DNA of 64,000 nucleotides from Lytechinus pictus (lineage: Eukaryota): positions 1,614,001 through 1,678,000 of the forward strand of contig NW_026974140.1 of assembly GCF_037042905.1 (NCBI RefSeq). Direction: 5' to 3'. Made by a program: the position numbers and the translations under genes. The notes under the pieces are model-generated. The model had not been told where the DNA came from, made no database searches, and worked only from the letters and a program-made list of their open reading frames with translations. Each line of letters starts with the position of its first letter. The stretch's first letter is position 1. Positions 50,722 through 64,000 of the stretch are shown here, piece by piece.

Positions 50722-53080
50722 AACAAGTGGAATGCCTCTGGCCGTCTCACCTGCATCACGCGATTCAATATAGCAGCAGTGCTGATTTTGAAAACTACTA
50801 TAACTCGCACAAGATGTTCAGTGATACTTGGTTACTCTTATTTCCACGTTTTATGAACTAGACCAATACACTTATAGAGATATGATGGCAATTCAACAAA
50901 TACCCCCAACGTGGCCAAAGTTCTTTGACCTTACATGACCTTTGACCTCAACCGCGTAGCCAGGATTTCATTTTGGAGGGGGCGGTAAATGCACGCGAAG
51001 CGTGCCAACACTTACAGAGCGCGCGAAGCGCGCTCCCTAGGGGGTGGGTGCAGGGAGGGGGAGTTTTCGGTGTTTCATAAATTAAAATGAAAAGGAGCCG
51101 TCTCTCTTGTCGTCAGCTCCAATTCAGTTGACTATATTCTGATTTTGAACATTGATTTGAAAAGTGATTGTGATATGTTCGAACGCACTAAAAGGGATAA
51201 ATGGAGGAAATTAAAATAACAATTACCCCGCGCGAAGCGCGGAAGCTAAAGCGTTTTATCAATTGTTTTTTAAGAAAAGGGTCCCGGGAAAAGGGTATCA
51301 AGTTAGTTATATCATGTATATTGAATTCCCGTGGAAAGTTTGATTACAAACAATTTAGCGACAGTGCATATTTTTAACTCGCAAAACAGAGAAGAAGAAG
51401 GGTGCCGGGAGGAAGACATTCCTCCACGCGCACAGCAATGAAACTCTGAAATTTCTAAGGGCGGACGTTACGTCAAATGCAGATATCTCCAATACCCCCA
51501 TCGGCTCTATTGATTTTCTAAGATTATTGAACTTCATTACAAGGAAAATAGAGCGCAAAAAGTTGAAGCTTCTGTGATTTATTGAAATTATATTATAAAA
51601 ATAATAATTTCTTTGACTCATCCTGAAGCGCTCGCATTTGAACAATTAAGAAACTTAAGTGTCTTTCAAAATTTCAAACTGAGACATGACATGAAGTTTC
51701 ATCGAATTTGATAAAAATATTGTACTTTTTTATTTAATACGACACGAATTTTATACCTTCCTCTTTTTCAATTAGGAACCTGTTTACCCCAAAATTATGA
51801 ATGTTTATTAACAAGCTAAAGCGGGAGAAGTTGCCTATATGGGGGTGACGGCAACATTTGATATAAAGATTTTACCCGCCGGGAGCCGACCCGACCAGAA
51901 GTGCGGAATGTTGCGTGATCAATTTGAAGGAAAAAAAGACAACTTCATATAATTCGGCCTAATCTTACTCTAATTCCATGCCCTAATGTATACATTTTAA
52001 CTTTAAGTAGCAAGGAACGCACTAGCCCTATAACCGAGGTGGAAAGACAGGGTTAAAGAAAGGGTGAGGGAAAGGAGAACTGCAATATTGTCATTTGACC
52101 GCGCGAAGCGCGGAAGCAAAATTCATATATATATAAATTTAGAGCGAGAGTGAAGGAGTTTCGTTAAGGTACTAATTCTTTTGAGAGAAAAATAAAGAAT
52201 GAAAAGAAAAACCCACAAAGCAACCTCTCTTCCCCTTCCTCCCTTCGCTTTCCTTTTCTCCTCTCTTTTTCCCCTTCCTTTTTTTCTTTTTTGGGACGTT
52301 TTGGGGGGGGCGACCGCCCCCACCGCCCCCCCTGGCTACGCGCCTGTTTGACCTTGATCATGTGACCTGAAACTCGCACAGGATGTTCAGTGATACTTGA
52401 TTACTATTATGTCCAAGTTTTATGAACTAGACCAACACACTTTCAAATTTATGGCTGTAATTCAACAAATACCCCAATTTGGCCAAAGTTCATTGACCCT
52501 AAATGACCTTTGACCTTGATCATGTGACCTGAAACTTGCACAGGATGTTCAGTAATACTTGATTACTATTATGTCCAAGTTTCATGAATCAGATCCATAA
52601 ACTTTCAAAGTTATGATGGTAATTCAACAGATACCCCCAATTCGGCCAAAGTTCATTGACCCTAAATGACCTTTGACCTTGGTCATGTGATGTGAAACTC
52701 ATGCAGGATGTTCAGTGATACTTGATTAACCTTATGTATAAGTTTCATGAACTAGGTCCATATATTTTCTAAGTTATGATGACATTTCAAAAACTTAACC
52801 TTAGGTTAAGATTTTGATGTTGATTCCCCCAACATGGTCTAAGTTCATTGACCCTAAATGACCTTTGACCTTGGTCATGTGACATGAAACTCAGGCAGGA
52901 TGTTCAGTAATACTTGATTAACCTTATGGCCAAGTTTCATGAACTAGGTCCATATACTTTCTAAGTTATGCTGTCATTTCAAAAACTTAACCTCAGGTTA
53001 AGATTTGGTGTTGACGCCGCCGTCGCCGCCGCCGTCGGAAAAGCGGCGCCTATAGTCTCACTCTGCTATGCAGGTGAGAC
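50722..53080 (-). mobile_element. HINE family A with a nested insertion
   Basis: Reverse complement of the 10437-11546 termini and internal repeats. Confidence 0.9.
50949..52346. mobile_element. hAT-like non-autonomous element nested in the HINE
   Basis: 8-bp TSD tttgacct; TIR caaccgcgtagccagg / cctggctacgcgcctg. Confidence 0.9.
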
Positions 53081-53315
53081 AAAAATGAAGGGTCTTTAAT
53101 AGGTATTTAGTATATTAAAAAGAAATGAACCATGATTTGACAATGCAGACCATTATCTTGGCAACATGTGCCACCAAGTATGGGTATATATCAGAAAAAT
53201 AATCGAAATAAAATGACCTAGCGAACAGTGAAAAACAAACCCAATGAGAGCTGGTTGAACCATCTCAGATAAATACAAGTATTTATAAAGTGATTGTATA
53301 ACAAATAATATTTAC

Positions 53316-53395
53316 CCTTTTCTAGCAGCTGGATTTAGAAAGACAGTTGCTTTGACAGGTTTGCTAAAAGTCTTTTCCAGTTGCTGTCCATACAC
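53316..53395 (-). CDS. AGK: AGK exon (80 bp)
   Basis: AG/GT bounded; VYGQQLEKTFSKPVKATVFLNPAARKG includes the DAG-kinase-family FLNPAA motif. Confidence 0.93.
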
Positions 53396-54043
53396 CTATA
53401 ATCACAGAACATCAAGATATCATGTGATTAATGTCAATGCGAAATACCACTGAAGAAAATAATAATACCCCAGCGAGAATGTAGCATTTTAGCTCAGTTT
53501 ATTGCCATCTGTCTTTTTGTGGCAATAGAGCGAGTACCCAACCCATCAAAAGAAAAAAATGTTTTGTGACCAATTTGTACATGTATCAGTCTCATGAGCA
53601 TTTGGTGAAAACTAAGAAAATGGTTTGAAATGTAAAATATGTACTGTAACAGACCAACCAACTGACTGACCACCCAATCCCCTAAAGTCATACACTGATT
53701 TTTACATGTATACATGTACCCCTTTTTAGAGTTCATTTGAAATTCATTCAGTTATTTTGTCAATGTACATAGCCGACAAGCAACGCTTATCTGCTCGAAA
53801 TGTCCTGGATAACAGTTCTTTTCAGAGCTACTGTCAGTAAGATAAACCAGCAGTCCTTTTAAGGACCAACCTACATGGTGTTATAAAAAAACTCTCCATT
53901 CAGTCTTACCACCATGCAAACCTTTAAAGCTCACAATACATACAAAGTACACTAGTTGATTAGTTCTGTCATGAAACTATCAAATGTTGCAACTGACTGT
54001 GAATAATATTTATAATAGATCATAATATTCAATGCATAGCTAC

Positions 54044-54083
54044 CTGTGCTTGTTTGCAGTACTCTGTTCTCAACAGATTTGCC
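54044..54083 (-). CDS. AGK: Acylglycerol kinase, first coding exon visible in the window (40 bp)
   Basis: tttag|G GCA AAT...GCA CAG|gtagct; encodes ANLLRTEYCKQAQ, similar to human AGK DNLLRRAACQEAQ (from memory); splices in phase with the next exon. Confidence 0.85.
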
Positions 54084-57000
54084 CTAAAGATTGAATAAAA
54101 ACAAACAAACAGAATGATAAAGGCAACAAAGAGGAATAACTCACAATATTATTTGGATGTAGGGTTTTAGAGGCGCAGATGTTTTTGATGTCTTGCGAGG
54201 TTGTTTTAAAGAGACAAAATATTAAGTGATTTTTAACGTGCATGCCTATGGAAACCATCCAATATTGAAAATATTGGAGAAAATTAATGTTTTGCCCCGC
54301 CCACAAGCTTATCATTGGTTAATAAATGATTGTGCGCGTGAACCTATTGTTATGTCACAATGAAATTGTATTGTGTATTAGTTGACAGGTGTGGTAAAGG
54401 AGCATCGATTTATTGAATTCAAATGCGCTTGCATTATACGCTAGCGCATCTTTATTTTATTAAAGATTTTTAAATTACAATAATCAGGCGCCCATGCTCA
54501 TGATTTACAGGAATGCCATAAATGATGGTTTTGCTTCATTACTTTGTTTGGCTTTGTGGGGATTTCTAAATAATAATAATAATATTGGATGACCAATTTT
54601 CGTGGGATGAAATATTGTTACTTGCTGAAGAACAATATTTCTTCGCATCCACTCAATGCCATCCAATATTCCGTAAATATCATATCTCATTTTAACAATA
54701 TTCTTGCCGCAATTGTCTAAAGTTTTATGGTGTGAAGGAGAATGGATTAGAAAATATGGATGAAGCTATTTGTCAAACAGCTGCTGAGCGTCTTGGTGTC
54801 CATCTAACCGTAAACGATCTCAATAGATCGCATTGTGCTGCTCCAAGGAGTGATAAACCAACTTCAGACTCTGGATCTGCAGGCATCAATCAGAAGAACA
54901 AGAAGCCGCGTGCCATTATTGCCAAGTTTTGTTCATACCCAATCCGAAACAGTGTCCTGCGTGCACGGAGGAAACTGAAAGGTACTGGTATGGGGATAGA
55001 GGAGGCAATAGGACTACAAACAAGGAACTTCTGTGGGCTGCGAAGAAACACTCAAAGGTCAATGGAACTTGGTCCTCTGATGGACGAATCGTAGTCCTGT
55101 TAACTACCACGAATGGAAAGTCAATTCGTAAAACCAATCACAGAAAAAAAGACTTGGAGAATCTGTAACCTGAGAGAAAAATCAATGCTGTTGCATTCCA
55201 GTTCAGATTGGTTTATATCAGTCGGTTTATTATCTGACTCTAAAAGATAAATAACAGATAGTGATTGAAATAGTATTTTACCTTTTGTCAATTGTTTTTC
55301 ACATATTTGTGTTTTGTGAAGATTTTGTGTTCTTGTCCTGTTACATCTTGTTAATGATGTCGAATGATGTAATAATAGACTCAAGTTTGAATAAAGATGA
55401 AACCATCAATAACTCATCTGTAAATTTAAACGATACTTACCTTCTCCCATTTGCAGAAATTGATGACTAGGAATTTGAATCTTTATTCCGTTTTTCAAGA
55501 GAATCTGTCGATACAGATAATATAGACCGACAACTTGTGGAAAATGGCCAGGATGAATATACTGACTCTACCAATGTGAGTATCACTTGACCTCCAAATT
55601 CAATGAAATTATCAAAAACTCTGTAACAAGACACTTGAGCATGATCCATTTCAATGCAAGAAGTTAATTTCAAAATTTCGATTACATTCACAGTTTTCTC
55701 TCAAATATCAGATTTAGATTTTCAGTGATTGGGATATCGGAAACATGGATCAACTCAAACTCTCATTTCCCCTTTTCAATTGAAGTTCCTACATTGTGAC
55801 CGACTAAATGGCCGTGGTGGAGTTGGTCTATTTATTAGAGAGGATATGAATTAAAAATTGTGTGATTTTTCAGAGCACTATGAAGGTGTCAATGATTTAC
55901 ACATTGAAATAGAGTTCAAATCAGGGGAGAGTATCATGATTGGGATAATTTATCGCAAACCGAAATCGAGTATTTCTGCATTTACTTCATATTTTGATAG
56001 ACTGATGAATAATAGTTATATAAATAATGTTTCTTCTTAATGGGCAACTTTAACATCGATTTGTTAAAAAAATCTGGAAGCCCTCTATTTCTTCATTTTT
56101 TGAACCATGTGATTTCATCGGGGTTTTATTCCATTAAAGACAGACCTAAACGAGCCAATAGTAGATCATCAACTATTATTGACAATATATTCATAAATGT
56201 TTTTAGTCGTTCCCCTTTGTCGGTGCCTTTTTACCAGATATTCCCAACCACTTTCCTATCTTCCATTTGTAACATTTGTCAGATATTGTAATATATGAGC
56301 AATGAAAAGTACATGTACACACCTACAGGAAGATATCCCCTGCAGCATTAATCATTTATGTGCTGATCTTTCAACCATGGACTGGTCAGAAGTATACCTA
56401 CAAAGCCACCCGGAGATGGCGTATGACTCATTAAACTTTATTACCTTGTATAACAAACATCTGGCAGATGTTTGTTATACAAGGTAATAAAGTATCTGCT
56501 AATCAGTACAAAGTATATTGGTAAACGTTATCAGAATAGAAAGCCACGGATTCCCCTCAATATGATGAAGCTTACAAGAAAGAAAAATAAATGTTATAAA
56601 TTGTACCTAAACTCTATGAAAGCTAATCACGATAAATATAAAAAGATTCGAAATGCTGTTACCCTGAATCTCCGGCAGTTGAAAAGAAAATATCATTTTG
56701 ATAAGTTTGAATCCTAGAAAACAAATTCTAATAAAATGTGGAAACTTATCCATAACATTTTGGGAAAACAAAAAAATAATTCTGATAATCAAAAGTCTTT
56801 TTTACACAATGATTGTAACATTAGTGACTTCGTGAAATTGCAGAAAATTTAAATGAATATTTTGTCAATATCAGATCGAGCAAAAACAATGATCCCAATG
56901 ACGATCATTTTAATTTGTTTGATATGTATATGAGTGACCCACTTTCTCATGTTTTTTAAACCGATTACAAAAAAAGAAATATTAGATATCAGTAAATCGC

Positions 57001-58252
57001 TATCTAATATTAAGAGTACCGTATTTGATGACATTGATCCATGTGTTGTGAAGAATGTTTTACCTTTCATTATAGACCCACTCTTACATATCTTTAATTC
57101 CTCTCTTGTATTAAACTGGAATTGCGCCTTCAAAACTGAAAATATCAAAAGTTGTTCCCGTTTTTAAAAAGGAGAATCCTAATCTATTCATCATCTACTG
57201 TCCAATATCAATTTTGCCATGTTTCTCAAATATCTTAAAGAAATTGGTTTTTAACAGACTATACAATTTTTTATTATGTCACAATGTATTATATGATAGT
57301 CAATACGGCTTCCGTCAAAATTACTATAGGAAATGGCACTTATTGAAATTCATGATAAAATAATTAGTGAGCTCAATGCCGGTATTAAGGTTACGGGAAT
57401 TTTTAAAGATCTCTCCAAGACTTTTGATTCTCTTCCTCATGATAAAGTTGCAATATAATGGTATAAGAGGAGTGTCTTTTAATTGGTTCAAGTCATATTT
57501 ATTACATTTACTGTCTATAATAATACCCATTCGTCTTTCATGGAGAAATTAAAACAGGTAGGCCCCTAGGTTCTATTCTTGAGCCTTTATTATTTTTAAT
57601 AGACATTGTTAATGTAACTCTTGCCATGAACCACATTTTATATTGTATGCCGATGATACGTCACTTCATCATCATCACGGGTACCCAGCAACAGAACGAA
57701 AGTTCCATGATGCTGTGGTCGGGTGCAGATGCGAAATTGATTAGTTTAGAGCAGCCTTAAATTTGTCAAGCGATTGCATTGATGTAATGGCTAAGGGAAG
57801 GTCGTTCCAGTCCCGTATGGTTCTGGGCAGGAATGAGTACAGGTGCCTATCAGTTCTGGATTTGATGATATTGTAGGCATCTGGTGTGAAGCGTCGACTT
57901 GGACGGCTAGAGTTTTAAGGTGGAGTTTGGTTGACGTTACTGGAGATTCCCCCTTATGAATTAAGTAGAACTGGCTCAATCTGGCATTGAGTCGGCTGTC
58001 AACAAGACTTTCCCACTCTAATTGTTTTAGCATCCTGGAAACACTGGACTTACGACTGTAGTCGTTGATCACAAAACGAGCGGCTCTTCTCTGAACTTTA
58101 TCTAACATATGGATGTATCTAGCCTGGTAGGGATCAGTAACAGCAGACGCATACTCCAGGTGTGGACGAACAAGAGCTTTGTAAGCTTTCCCTTTGGTAT
58201 CAGAGCTGCAGTCTTATTTGCTTTGCTGACTATTCGCTGATAGTGTGATTTC

Positions 58253-58814
58253 CCCGGGGGGGGGGGGGGGGCACTCGACCAAAAAAGTGGTAGGGGTGTG
58301 CCGCGGGCGAGACAAAAAACGGGGGCCTTGGAGCGGGCTTATTGTAAAAAGGAGGGTCCTCGGAACGGGCTTCGGAACTACAAATGTTTGTGAAAACGGG
58401 GGACCTTGGAACGGATCGCCAGCGTGTGAGTGCGTATGCATTCCTATGATGCATCCCTATGGAACAGACAGGCATGCGTGCATGATGCAGCTAGCGCGGC
58501 CTCCGCCGGGTGCGCTCGCGCAGAGGCAATGGTCGGACAGCGCTCTGCGGCCGCTTTTCACCAAAATTGCAGCTCATTGTAGCAGATCAATGCGACCGGA
58601 ACGGCGTAACGAAAATATGCAAAGCTTTGGAGCGGATTTCTTTCTTCTTTTTTCTCGATAAGAAGAAAATGCTATGCTTTGGAGCGGCTTTCTTTCTTCT
58701 TTTTCTCAATAAGACAAAAATGCTATGCCTTGGAACGGAAATTTAAGTGTAAAAATGGGGGTCCCCTCCGCGGCACATACCCACTATGCATTATATACTG
58801 AGTGCCCCCCCGGG
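58253..58814. mobile_element. MITE with 8-bp TSD
   Basis: gtgatttc|cccggggg...gcactc ... gagtgcccccccggg|gtgatttc. Confidence 0.9.
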
Positions 58815-58860
58815 GTGATTTCCAAGTAAGATCAGCAGAAATCGTTACTCCAAAGGTAGG

Positions 58861-60390
58861 TGTCAGAATAAATAAGAAAATTTATTTGATTTTTTATTAT
58901 TTCCTCACTATAGAGGGCGTTTGAAAATATTTCCTAGGCCTAATTTGAATATGCAAATAAATAAGGGTGTGGTTCGATATCGTAGGTCTGAAGGTTTACG
59001 TATCAAGCACATACGGCGCAGTTGATTTTTGATCTGGCTAGGGACGGTTAGCTGTGAGAGTGACCCTATATCTTGCCGGTATGAGTGTTGTGGAATTGGT
59101 GACTTATCAGAGCCTTGATTTATGAATTCGGCTACCAGCATCTTTTCTTCAGGCAACACCAGGTCGCTGGGGTTTTCTACATTTCCGTCAAGCCCTATTT
59201 TCCTGCCATAAATATGATTTTGCCTATATAACCGTGAGTACGCATTTTGTTTCGTAATCTAAGCACCAGAAATAATTGTAAACGATTATTTTGACAAAAT
59301 GAAGATATTGCAAATTTGTGTAGAAAGAAGACATTGAAAGTATTATTTTAACAAAATGAAATTCTATGCGAATTTTATGTACAAGTAAACAACCGTACGG
59401 AACGAGAGAAAATCAGTATCGATGGTCGTGATAAATAAATAAATTAATTGTTCTAATCGATCCCTCAACTATATCGATTGCTTAATTAGAAGAGTGAGGT
59501 ATTCATGGATTTATTATGTTTACCATCACTATAATTTATTATATGTTAGGTGCTACTTTAAAATGTTCCATATTAGTATATGTATAATGTTTTAAGCTCA
59601 AATACCAGGTCTGTGAGTTATTCAGAGATTTAAAACGTCTCTTTAGTAAAGGATTGGAGTATTTAACTTATTTGTGTTACAGCGATTAATTTGTATATTT
59701 TATGACTCTACTCCGACAGTAATTGGTGACTTATCAAAGCCTTGATTTAATTCATGGCAAAGTTCTTGACAGGGCTGTGTTAGGATGTAACAGCCTCTTG
59801 TATGAAAAGAAAGTGTCCCAGAATTAAGTATAAACAGACAATTTTAATAAATGATGGTTTGTTAATTCAATTTTAGCTGAAAGTCTTGGGAACAAATCCA
59901 TGGAAAGTTATCAGACCGACCACCATAGTACTCGGTAGAACTTCGGAAAACTTCGGGATTCTTCGCGCTGTTCGATCATTCGTCGAGAAAGCTATACGTC
60001 ACTTCCTGCGAGGACACCTCGATGTGATGACGTGGCTACACCACGAGGGGACTTTGATGATCGATTGATCCGATCCGAACTGCTGAACATTGTCAGTAAT
60101 AAACTTTAATTCCAACACAATAATTAAATAAAGGGCCTTTGCGATTTCTTCGAGTTGAAATAATAGTTGAACTCAGATAGATCTTTTCTGGGACCATTCA
60201 TTTATTTGTTCATATATTTTAAGGTTTAATTATAATCCATATATGTATTTGATATATTTATTTCCTTTGAATGAACAGTTATTTGCTGCGATAGATGCGG
60301 CAACACTTCTTAATTTATATTTGAATTAAATGGTTGATTATCTTTAAACAGGATTAATCTGAATATTTTGCTCTATTGAATTCCATAACA
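58861..60390. mobile_element. Probable solo LTR (1530 bp)
   Basis: TG...CA termini with 5-bp TSD gtagg (58856-58860 and 60391-60395); removing it rejoins the LINE segment HEHTY/GVTIS. Confidence 0.8.
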
Positions 60391-60479
60391 GTAGGTATGT
60401 TCATGAACTCGATCCTGTTTCTCCGATCATGGTGTACTCATGAAAGAGTTTCGACCTCATCAGACCCAGGGACATGATA

Positions 60480-61328
60480 CTGTACAAGCTGTTATTTTCG
60501 CATACAGAATTTTTCGCGAATCGCGGGGTTCCCGCGGGTTGTTAAATTTCGCGATCGGAAGATGTACAAAACACTTCCACATCATTTCAGAGAACCAAAA
60601 CTAGTGCAAACCATGTGCAAAACTATGTTTCCAAAGTCTTTATGCTGATGTGTGCTTTATGCATAAATATGTCCCGGTAAAAACAGTTACAAACTTTAAC
60701 AAAGTGTGGAAAAAAGCGGCTTAAATTTACCTTTTTGGTACCTTTAGATCTAAAAATTCATCATGTCACGGTATGATCTGTAAGAGTAATCTTTAGAAGT
60801 TGTCATTTGTTAGATTCACTTTGTAAAACTTTGGTTTCAGTGCAAAAATTGTGAATTTTGTGAACAGAATCTTACCCCTGTAAAAGCTCTGGTCATGTGA
60901 CTTATGAATATTAATGAGTATGCAAATAGTTGCCAAAACGTGTGTATATAGTCAATAAGATGACAATAAAATCAATTTCATGGAAAATACATTGTAATAT
61001 CACAGTGAGTGAATAAATATTGATAGAATTATGTTAGAAAATAGTTTAGGCTCTGATTTTGTTTGAGAAATTTAAAAAAGTGAAATTCTAGCTAACTTTT
61101 TGAATCACTAACTGTACTTTCTAAACCTTATTTTTTGTACATATAGAGGTGCATATCTCAATTTTCTCACTTCACAAGATGTTTTCAAAAGCAAACCTTT
61201 GCTGTTGGGGATATTGGCGCTGACTATGAAATGTGTCAATATTTTCGCGTGTTGTTAAATTCGCGGCCAATCGGCAATTCGCGATATCCGCAAAAATAAA
61301 ACCACCGCGAAAATAACAGCTCATACAG
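60480..61328. mobile_element. TA-flanked MITE, Tc1/mariner-like
   Basis: TA|ctgtacaagctgttattttcgc ... gcgaaaataacagctcatacag|TA; removing it restores LINE KKCNIMSL. Confidence 0.88.
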
Positions 61329-64000
61329 TATTACACTTCTTAGGATTAAAGGTCATCTGCCACATAGAGGCCCATCGACAAACAACGTCAAGATCCTTTT
61401 GGAGCCTGAAACAATCTTGAACACTAGAGACGGTGGTGTATAAGATGCAATCGTCCGCAAACAGTCGTACATTGCACTGAAGCTCTTCTACAATGTCGTT
61501 GATGTAGATTAAGAATAACAGCGGGCCTAACACAGTCCCTTGTGGGACCCCGGATATACTGGGTGCCATTTTGTGGTTACCCCATTGATGATAACACATT
61601 GTTGTCGCTGGGTCAAGAACATATTAATCCAGTTCAAAACTTTATTTCTGATGCCATAATGGTGTAATTTTGATTTAAGCCTTTCGTGAGTCACGCAGTC
61701 GAAGGCTTTGGTGAAGTCCAAAATTGCAGCATCGATTTGTTGCAAGTTGTCAATTCCTTCCGTCCAATCATTGACAACCTGAATCAATTGAGTGACACAT
61801 GAATGTCCCTTCCGAAAACTGAAAGCTTTTTTATGCTGATCAAGGTGTTTGCTGATCTGAGAGTGAAGTATATGTTCCAAAAGCTTACACATAATTGATG
61901 TGAGGGAAACAGGACGGTAGTTTTCAGGATTTTCTTTACATCCCTTCTTGAAGATTGATGTTATGTTTGCCAAGAGCCAGTCGTCTGGGAGAATCCCTGT
62001 GTCCAGGGATTGTTGGAACAATGATGTCAGAACGGGAGCCAATTCTGCTGCTGATTCTTTCAAAATCCTGGCAGTGATCTCATCACGACCAGCAGCTTTA
62101 CTAGTGTCTAAGTTTTTGAGAAGCTTCAGAACACCTTCTTGTCTAATCTCGATGTCATCCATAGCAGGAAATTTACTTAGCGTGAACGGGATGTAGTCAT
62201 CCTTCTCAATTGTAAAGACGGAGTTAAAATGATTAGCAAGTGCTACAGCCTTTTCTGAATCTGTAATTAAAAGTTTAGAGTCCTTTTTCAGAGTTGGTAT
62301 GGATGAATTATCCAGTCTTTTACCTCGGATGTGCTTCCAGAAGGGTCGCTGATCTTTCTTCAGGTCATCAATGCTACTCTTGATGTATTCAGACTCTGCC
62401 TTCTTGATGACTTTCTTGACATTTCGCCGTACTTCTCTAAAAATTTCCCAGTCAGTAGACAGTAAAGACTTCTTGGCTTTCTTGTGAAGTTTGTTGCATC
62501 TTTTGATCAGTTTCCTAATGTTTTAGTTACCCATGGAAGACTATTCAATTGCCGTGACATTTTGCAAGGGATATTTTTATCTCTGGACCTAAGCACAGCA
62601 TCTTTGAGACTGTTATAGATTTCCGAAACAGATTTCTGAGTTGAATTTAGAGCGTGTTGCTCTTTAAACTGACTCATATCTTTACGCATTTGATCGAAGT
62701 CACCTTTGTTAGTCAAGTAAACTATATGTCTTGGTTTCTTGAGAAGCTTGGGTTTTGACACAACAGAAGTTACAACTACATCATGGTCACCAAGGCCTGC
62801 CCTGACTATGCACCTCTGGACCTTGCAGGGTAAGTTGGTTAATACAAGATCCAGGATGTTGGCCGTTGTCTCGGTGACTCTGGTGGGCTCCTTGGTCATC
62901 TGCGTAAGATGAAATTCATCACAGACTGACAACAGATGCCTTCCATGGTGGCCTCCAGCCGTAGGTAGATCAGTAGACCAATTAATCTCTGGACAATTAA
63001 AATCTCCAGTTAACACAATAAAAGGCATGTTCTTTTGGTAGATTTTACCTAATGACTCTTCAAGCTGTGACCAATACTCAATAAGTTGGCTAGGTGCTCT
63101 ATAGAAATTTCAATGTACAGTGGTTTCGCATCTTGTAAGTGGATGCATACCCATATTATTTCACAGTTGGTAATGGTATCCATTTCTGGGCAATGAAGAT
63201 TTGATTTAACAGCTGTGATAATCCCATCGCCTCCATGTTTCCTATCCTTCCGATACAAATTGAAATGTGTAGGGAACAGTTCATATGAGGACACATTTTC
63301 ATAAACTTTAGATTCTGTTACACAAACAATGTCAGCCTCATGTTCGTCTATGAGAGCATGAAAAGCAGCAACTTTATGACTCATCCCTTCGGAAGCCTTC
63401 TTGCCTCCCATGATAATATTACTACTTTAGTTGAAATATTAAATAGAAATCTTGCCGAAATTTCTGCTTGGTTTATATGCAATAGACTTTACTTAAAAAC
63501 GAATAAAACTCAATGTGTTTTATTCAATAAAAAAAGGGGTGTGCAATATAGTCAAACTGACAGATTTCTTCATATGGATACAACTCATCTGCAATTTTAA
63601 AATTCAGCTAAGTTTATAGGAGTGAATTTAAGCAATAATTTATGTTGGAATGATCATATAAGTTCTATCTCTGTCAAAATAGCATGTTTTATTGGAATCT
63701 TAAATCGTTTGAAATGTGATGTACCTAGTTAGGGTTATTATAAACACTCGCATTGCGGGCGGGTTCGTAATCACTCGGGTCGCGTTCGAAATCACTCGGG
63801 TTTTGGATTTTTTTTATTTCGGTGCCATTTTTTTTCTTACGGTGTCTTCAATGGGACAAACATGCTGGGAAAATAAAATGAAATTGAAATTCAAGTTTTG
63901 TTTTAAACCGGTAATTAAGTGCCTTAAATAAAATGTACTTGACTACTTTATATATAAAGCCCTGGCCCAAGGAACAATTTTGTTGGTCCCCAGGACTTGT

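Larger units (their letters stand above)
57661..63393 (-). mobile_element. 5'-truncated CR1-like LINE ORF2 (APE plus RT) with three nested insertions
   Basis: IVCVTES, GDFNCP, NYRPVSLTS, LDFTKAFD, GVPQGTVLGPLLFLIYIND, LFADD, VQRRAARFV; (TGA)n-type 3' tail. Confidence 0.93.
54715..63716 (+). mobile_element. Decayed CR1/L2-group LINE (ORF1, APE, RT) hosting a nested LINE
   Basis: ORF1-like LKFYGVKE...PRAIIAKF; APE motifs IIYRKP, GNFNIDLL, TIIDNIF; RT QYGFR and YADDT (57646-57660), resuming as SLLASHD...WF at 63394. Confidence 0.88.

Noticed and set aside
59776..60119. Separate TG...CA LTR candidate (tgtgttagga ... tccaacaca)
   Set aside because: No TSD; contained within the larger element that does have one
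63730..64000. Possible start of another DNA element (tagggttattataaac...)
   Set aside because: Other end is outside the window, so TIR and TSD cannot be checked

Overview
Repeat-rich, AT-rich animal genomic DNA with GT-AG introns; a marine invertebrate such as an echinoderm is my inference from the repeat types. Main gene: acylglycerol kinase (AGK) on the minus strand, with 12 coding exons traced between 54083 and 36183 that splice in frame; I could not find the first coding exon, which probably lies beyond 64000. The 3' end of an unidentified convergent plus-strand gene is also likely: an exon at 5159-5241 and a probable last exon at 14433-14546 ending in CCSC*. Most of the rest is transposable elements, often nested. 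(1) A Tx1/L1-type LINE split by a TTAA element, a Helentron-associated element (HINE) and a third insert. (2) An 8.1-kb foldback element with no ORF and three insertions. (3) A LINE inside a LINE, carrying an LTR-like insert and two MITEs. (4) Five HINEs from three families. (5) A decayed Gypsy-like protease ORF with peptide repeats. (6) Many MITEs and SINEs. The most unusual feature is an exact 50 x 54-bp array built from an AGK 3' splice-site region; only the exon-proximal copy keeps the acceptor CAG and a branch-point-like TGAC. I found no intact, novel multi-gene system. All family assignments come from motif recognition, not database searches.
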